This document shows positions 12,172 through 14,161 of a stretch of DNA of 14,161 nt, in pieces; position 1 is the first letter of the stretch; the number at the start of each line of letters is the position of its first letter. The DNA comes from a virus. Location of the stretch: positions 1 to 14,161 of IMG/VR virus record IMGVR_UViG_3300045391_005622, one strand, 5' to 3'. A program made the translations under genes and the position numbers. The notes beneath the pieces are model-generated. The model saw only the letters and a list, made by a program, of their open reading frames with translations. It had not been told where the DNA came from and made no database searches.

Positions 12172-13269
12172 ATGGGTTTATCTACTGGCTTTGGTGTATC
12201 TCAAAAATCAGAGGCTGGCGGCGGTATGCCGGCGCCCCCCTTCGATCCAACAAGTGCCCACAATGGCACAAGCATTGACGCGGCCGGAAAAGTTGTATTA
12301 GGAAATGATGGCGGTTTATATCCTGGCCCTGGTGCTTTTGAAAATACCAGGGAAATTGATATGAACAGCCATGATTTTTTGATCGGCCGTTCAAATAAAA
12401 CTGCTGCTGGAAATGTAATCATCACAGCAGTTACAACAGAAATTACCGGCCCGGTGCAAGAAGATAGCGCCTATGATTTTTTCCTGGTTGATCAGGAATT
12501 TAACATAGGCGGCAGTCCTGTTTTAATGCGGTTGGCAGTTACAAAAAGTTTTGCCAGCAACAATGCATGCTTTATGAAAATGAATGAAGCGGTTGCAGGG
12601 ATCGACATTCACACATTTAAATTAAACGGTGATTTTGCTTTCGGTAATAATGGCGCCGGCGGTATTATACAATCAGACAGTGGGATACTTTGGATACGGC
12701 CGGATGGTATTACCAGGTACGGACTTTTCAACGGCGGAGATGCAGAAATAAAGCTGGGTGACCTGGAAGGGACTTTCAGCAGTGCAAGGTTAAATATCTT
12801 TTTGGCAACCGGCCGGATGACTTTCACTGATGGCTTTGGTAACGAGTATTTGTCCGCAAGTTCACAGGGCGGCGCTTTGGGTAACGTTACAGATGCAACA
12901 CAGCCAAAATTAGTGGTAAACGGTAGCAGCAACGCGATCAGCGGGTATGTAGGAGACTCTGAAACTTTTAGAGTTGATAACGGTGCAGGCGCTGGCCTTG
13001 AAGCGTTCCTGGGTGATGTGAACAGCGTTGCAAATAGTACACTGCTTATTATTGATGACCGTACAGGCAACCAGCGGGTAACAATCACTGCAGCAAATGG
13101 CCTGGTAGTAAATGCAACCAACGGATATTTTGCACAGACCGGCGGCACGTTAACCAATGGCGCTGCAGCTGCAGCCGGCACGTTGAACAATGCACCCGTA
13201 GCTGGCAACCCCACAAAGTGGATCAAAATACGGGATGCAGGGGTAGACCGTTTTATACCCGCGTGGTAA
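12172..13269 (+). CDS. Spike or receptor-binding protein candidate (365 aa)
   Basis: Gly/Asn/Ala-rich beta-type sequence with a flexible Gly-rich N-terminus. The C-terminal motif GNPTKWIKIRDAGVDRFIPAW is of a kind I recall at the ends of phage fibre or spike proteins. It is the last structural gene before the lysis genes. Confidence 0.6.
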   Translation: MGLSTGFGVSQKSEAGGGMPAPPFDPTSAHNGTSIDAAGKVVLGNDGGLYPGPGAFENTREIDMNSHDFLIGRSNKTAAGNVIITAVTTEITGPVQEDSAYDFFLVDQEFNIGGSPVLMRLAVTKSFASNNACFMKMNEAVAGIDIHTFKLNGDFAFGNNGAGGIIQSDSGILWIRPDGITRYGLFNGGDAEIKLGDLEGTFSSARLNIFLATGRMTFTDGFGNEYLSASSQGGALGNVTDATQPKLVVNGSSNAISGYVGDSETFRVDNGAGAGLEAFLGDVNSVANSTLLIIDDRTGNQRVTITAANGLVVNATNGYFAQTGGTLTNGAAAAAGTLNNAPVAGNPTKWIKIRDAGVDRFIPAW

Positions 13270-13292
13270 AATAAATGCGTCATTCAGCCGTA

Positions 13293-13308
13293 TTGCTAAA
13301 AAAATCCA
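13293..13308 (+). promoter_or_regulatory. Degenerate copy of the upstream motif (TTGCTAAAAAAATCCA, then tttaacgacctCAAAAG)
   Basis: Shares GCTAAAAAAATCCA and the downstream CAAAAG with the copies at 8695 and 10912. Lies 27 nt upstream of ATG 13335. Confidence 0.35.
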
Positions 13309-13334
13309 TTTAACGACCTCAAAAGAAAGTAACC

Positions 13335-13487
13335 ATGCAAACAGAACAGGCATTAAAAATTATTCAACAGCTGCAGGACGTTGCAATACAAAAAGGATTA
13401 TTTGCAAACGTTCAAACAGTTAACCAGGTATCAACAGCAATTGCAACGCTGCAGGCTGCATTATTAGAACGCAATGAAGGCAAGTGA
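13335..13487 (+). CDS. Small helical protein (50 aa), not in the supplied track; overlaps the endolysin start
   Basis: Translated by hand as MQTEQALKIIQQLQDVAIQKGLFANVQTVNQVSTAIATLQAALLERNEGK. Its stop at 13485-13487 overlaps the lysozyme ATG (13474) by 14 nt. No TM segment, so it is not a holin. Confidence 0.5.
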   Translation: MQTEQALKIIQQLQDVAIQKGLFANVQTVNQVSTAIATLQAALLERNEGK

Positions 13488-13992
13488 TAAATATTTAATT
13501 GCTGCAGGTGCATTGGTTGTGCTGATGCTGTTACCTGGTACATTAAACCGTGGAGATATGACAGCAGCAAATTTAATTGCATCGTTTGAGGGCTTTGCAA
13601 GCCATCCGTATTGGGACGTAAATAGATGGTCCTGGGGTTACGGCACCAGGGCGCCAGGGAATTACGGTTATGCGCTGGCCTTTCCTGATCCTGCAGTAAC
13701 GATCACCAGGGCAGAGGCGCTGCAGGAATTGCAAGCGCATGCAGATAGTGATTACAACTACCTGGCACCGATGATCACGCGGCCGCTAAGCGCTGGCCAG
13801 TGGGCGGCGCTGTTATCGTTCTCATACAATACCGGCCAGGGCAATGCAGACAACCTGGTGCCAAATATCAATGCCGGCAATGATCTGGCCCTGGAAAGCC
13901 AATGGAAAAAATATGTATATGCCGGTGGCCAGGTTAATGCCACCCTGCAGAAACGCAGGGAAAAAGAGTGGCAGATCTGGCAAGCCGGTTAA
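13474..13992 (+). CDS. Endolysin, GH24 (T4/lambda-type) lysozyme with an N-terminal signal-anchor (SAR-like)
   Basis: The catalytic region SFEGFASHPYWDVNRWSWGYGT fits the GH24 pattern E-x8-D-x(n)-(S/T)..GYG. It is preceded by the hydrophobic segment YLIAAGALVVLMLL. Confidence 0.85.
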   Translation: MKASDKYLIAAGALVVLMLLPGTLNRGDMTAANLIASFEGFASHPYWDVNRWSWGYGTRAPGNYGYALAFPDPAVTITRAEALQELQAHADSDYNYLAPMITRPLSAGQWAALLSFSYNTGQGNADNLVPNINAGNDLALESQWKKYVYAGGQVNATLQKRREKEWQIWQAG

Positions 13993-14083
13993 CTTCGTTT
14001 CATGGATTAAGGGTGCTATTGTGATCGGTAGGTTTGAGATCCTGCCGGTTTACTGCAAATAAGCAATAGTGCTGAACTTTCAC

Positions 14084-14109
14084 GCCCTGGGTTTTTACTC
14101 GGGGCTTTT
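14084..14109 (+). terminator. Weak terminator after the lysis genes
   Basis: gccctg (14084-14089) pairs with cggggc (14100-14105) with one G-U pair, then TTTT. The cggggctttt tail resembles the 1817-1846 hairpin. Confidence 0.35.
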
Positions 14110-14161
14110 ACTATTGCACCATTGGCCAATTATTTGCACCTTTGAATTGTCAGTAAACAAA
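14108..14161. repeat. Terminal direct repeat, copy 2
   Basis: Identical to 1-54. Confidence 0.9.

Noticed and set aside
12609-13283. Long 224-aa ORF on the minus strand.
   Set aside because: It lies entirely antisense to the spike-like gene 12172-13269. Its Pro/Ala/Ser/Leu-rich, low-complexity translation is typical of a shadow frame of a Gly/Asn/Ala-rich gene. It has no independent leader, motif or terminator.

Overview
The window starts and ends with the same 54-bp sequence (1-54 = 14108-14161). I therefore read it as one complete circular replicon of about 14,107 bp, not a chromosomal fragment. It looks like a small phage or phage-plasmid. It has 22 tightly packed ORFs, and all but one are on the + strand. 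Layout: (i) an early module of small ORFs (71-1359) that includes a paralogous pair. (ii) One small tail-anchored membrane ORF on the - strand (1435-1593). (iii) A pC194/pUB110-type HUH rolling-circle Rep (1941-3041) followed by a low-GC trio of ~80-aa ORFs (3113-3833). (iv) A 417-bp hairpin-rich non-coding region (3834-4250). (v) A long late/structural operon (4251-13269). It encodes a transglutaminase-like Cys-His-Asp protein, several membrane proteins that share one basic+TM anchor motif, a protamine-like basic membrane protein, beta-rich capsid candidates and a Gly-rich spike-like protein. (vi) A lysis end with a membrane-anchored GH24 lysozyme (13474-13992). I see no packaging ATPase, terminase, portal, tail, integrase or polymerase. 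Start codons lack Shine-Dalgarno motifs and sit in A/T-rich leaders, which fits a Bacteroidota-type host. The two most unusual points are (a) the gene content, which suggests an internal-membrane, Rep-dependent virus outside described families, and (b) a roughly 15-fold excess of the palindrome CTGCAG, often as CCTGCAGG. The excess spans all reading frames and non-coding hairpins but is absent from the replication module. All functional calls come from motif recognition by eye. No searches were run.
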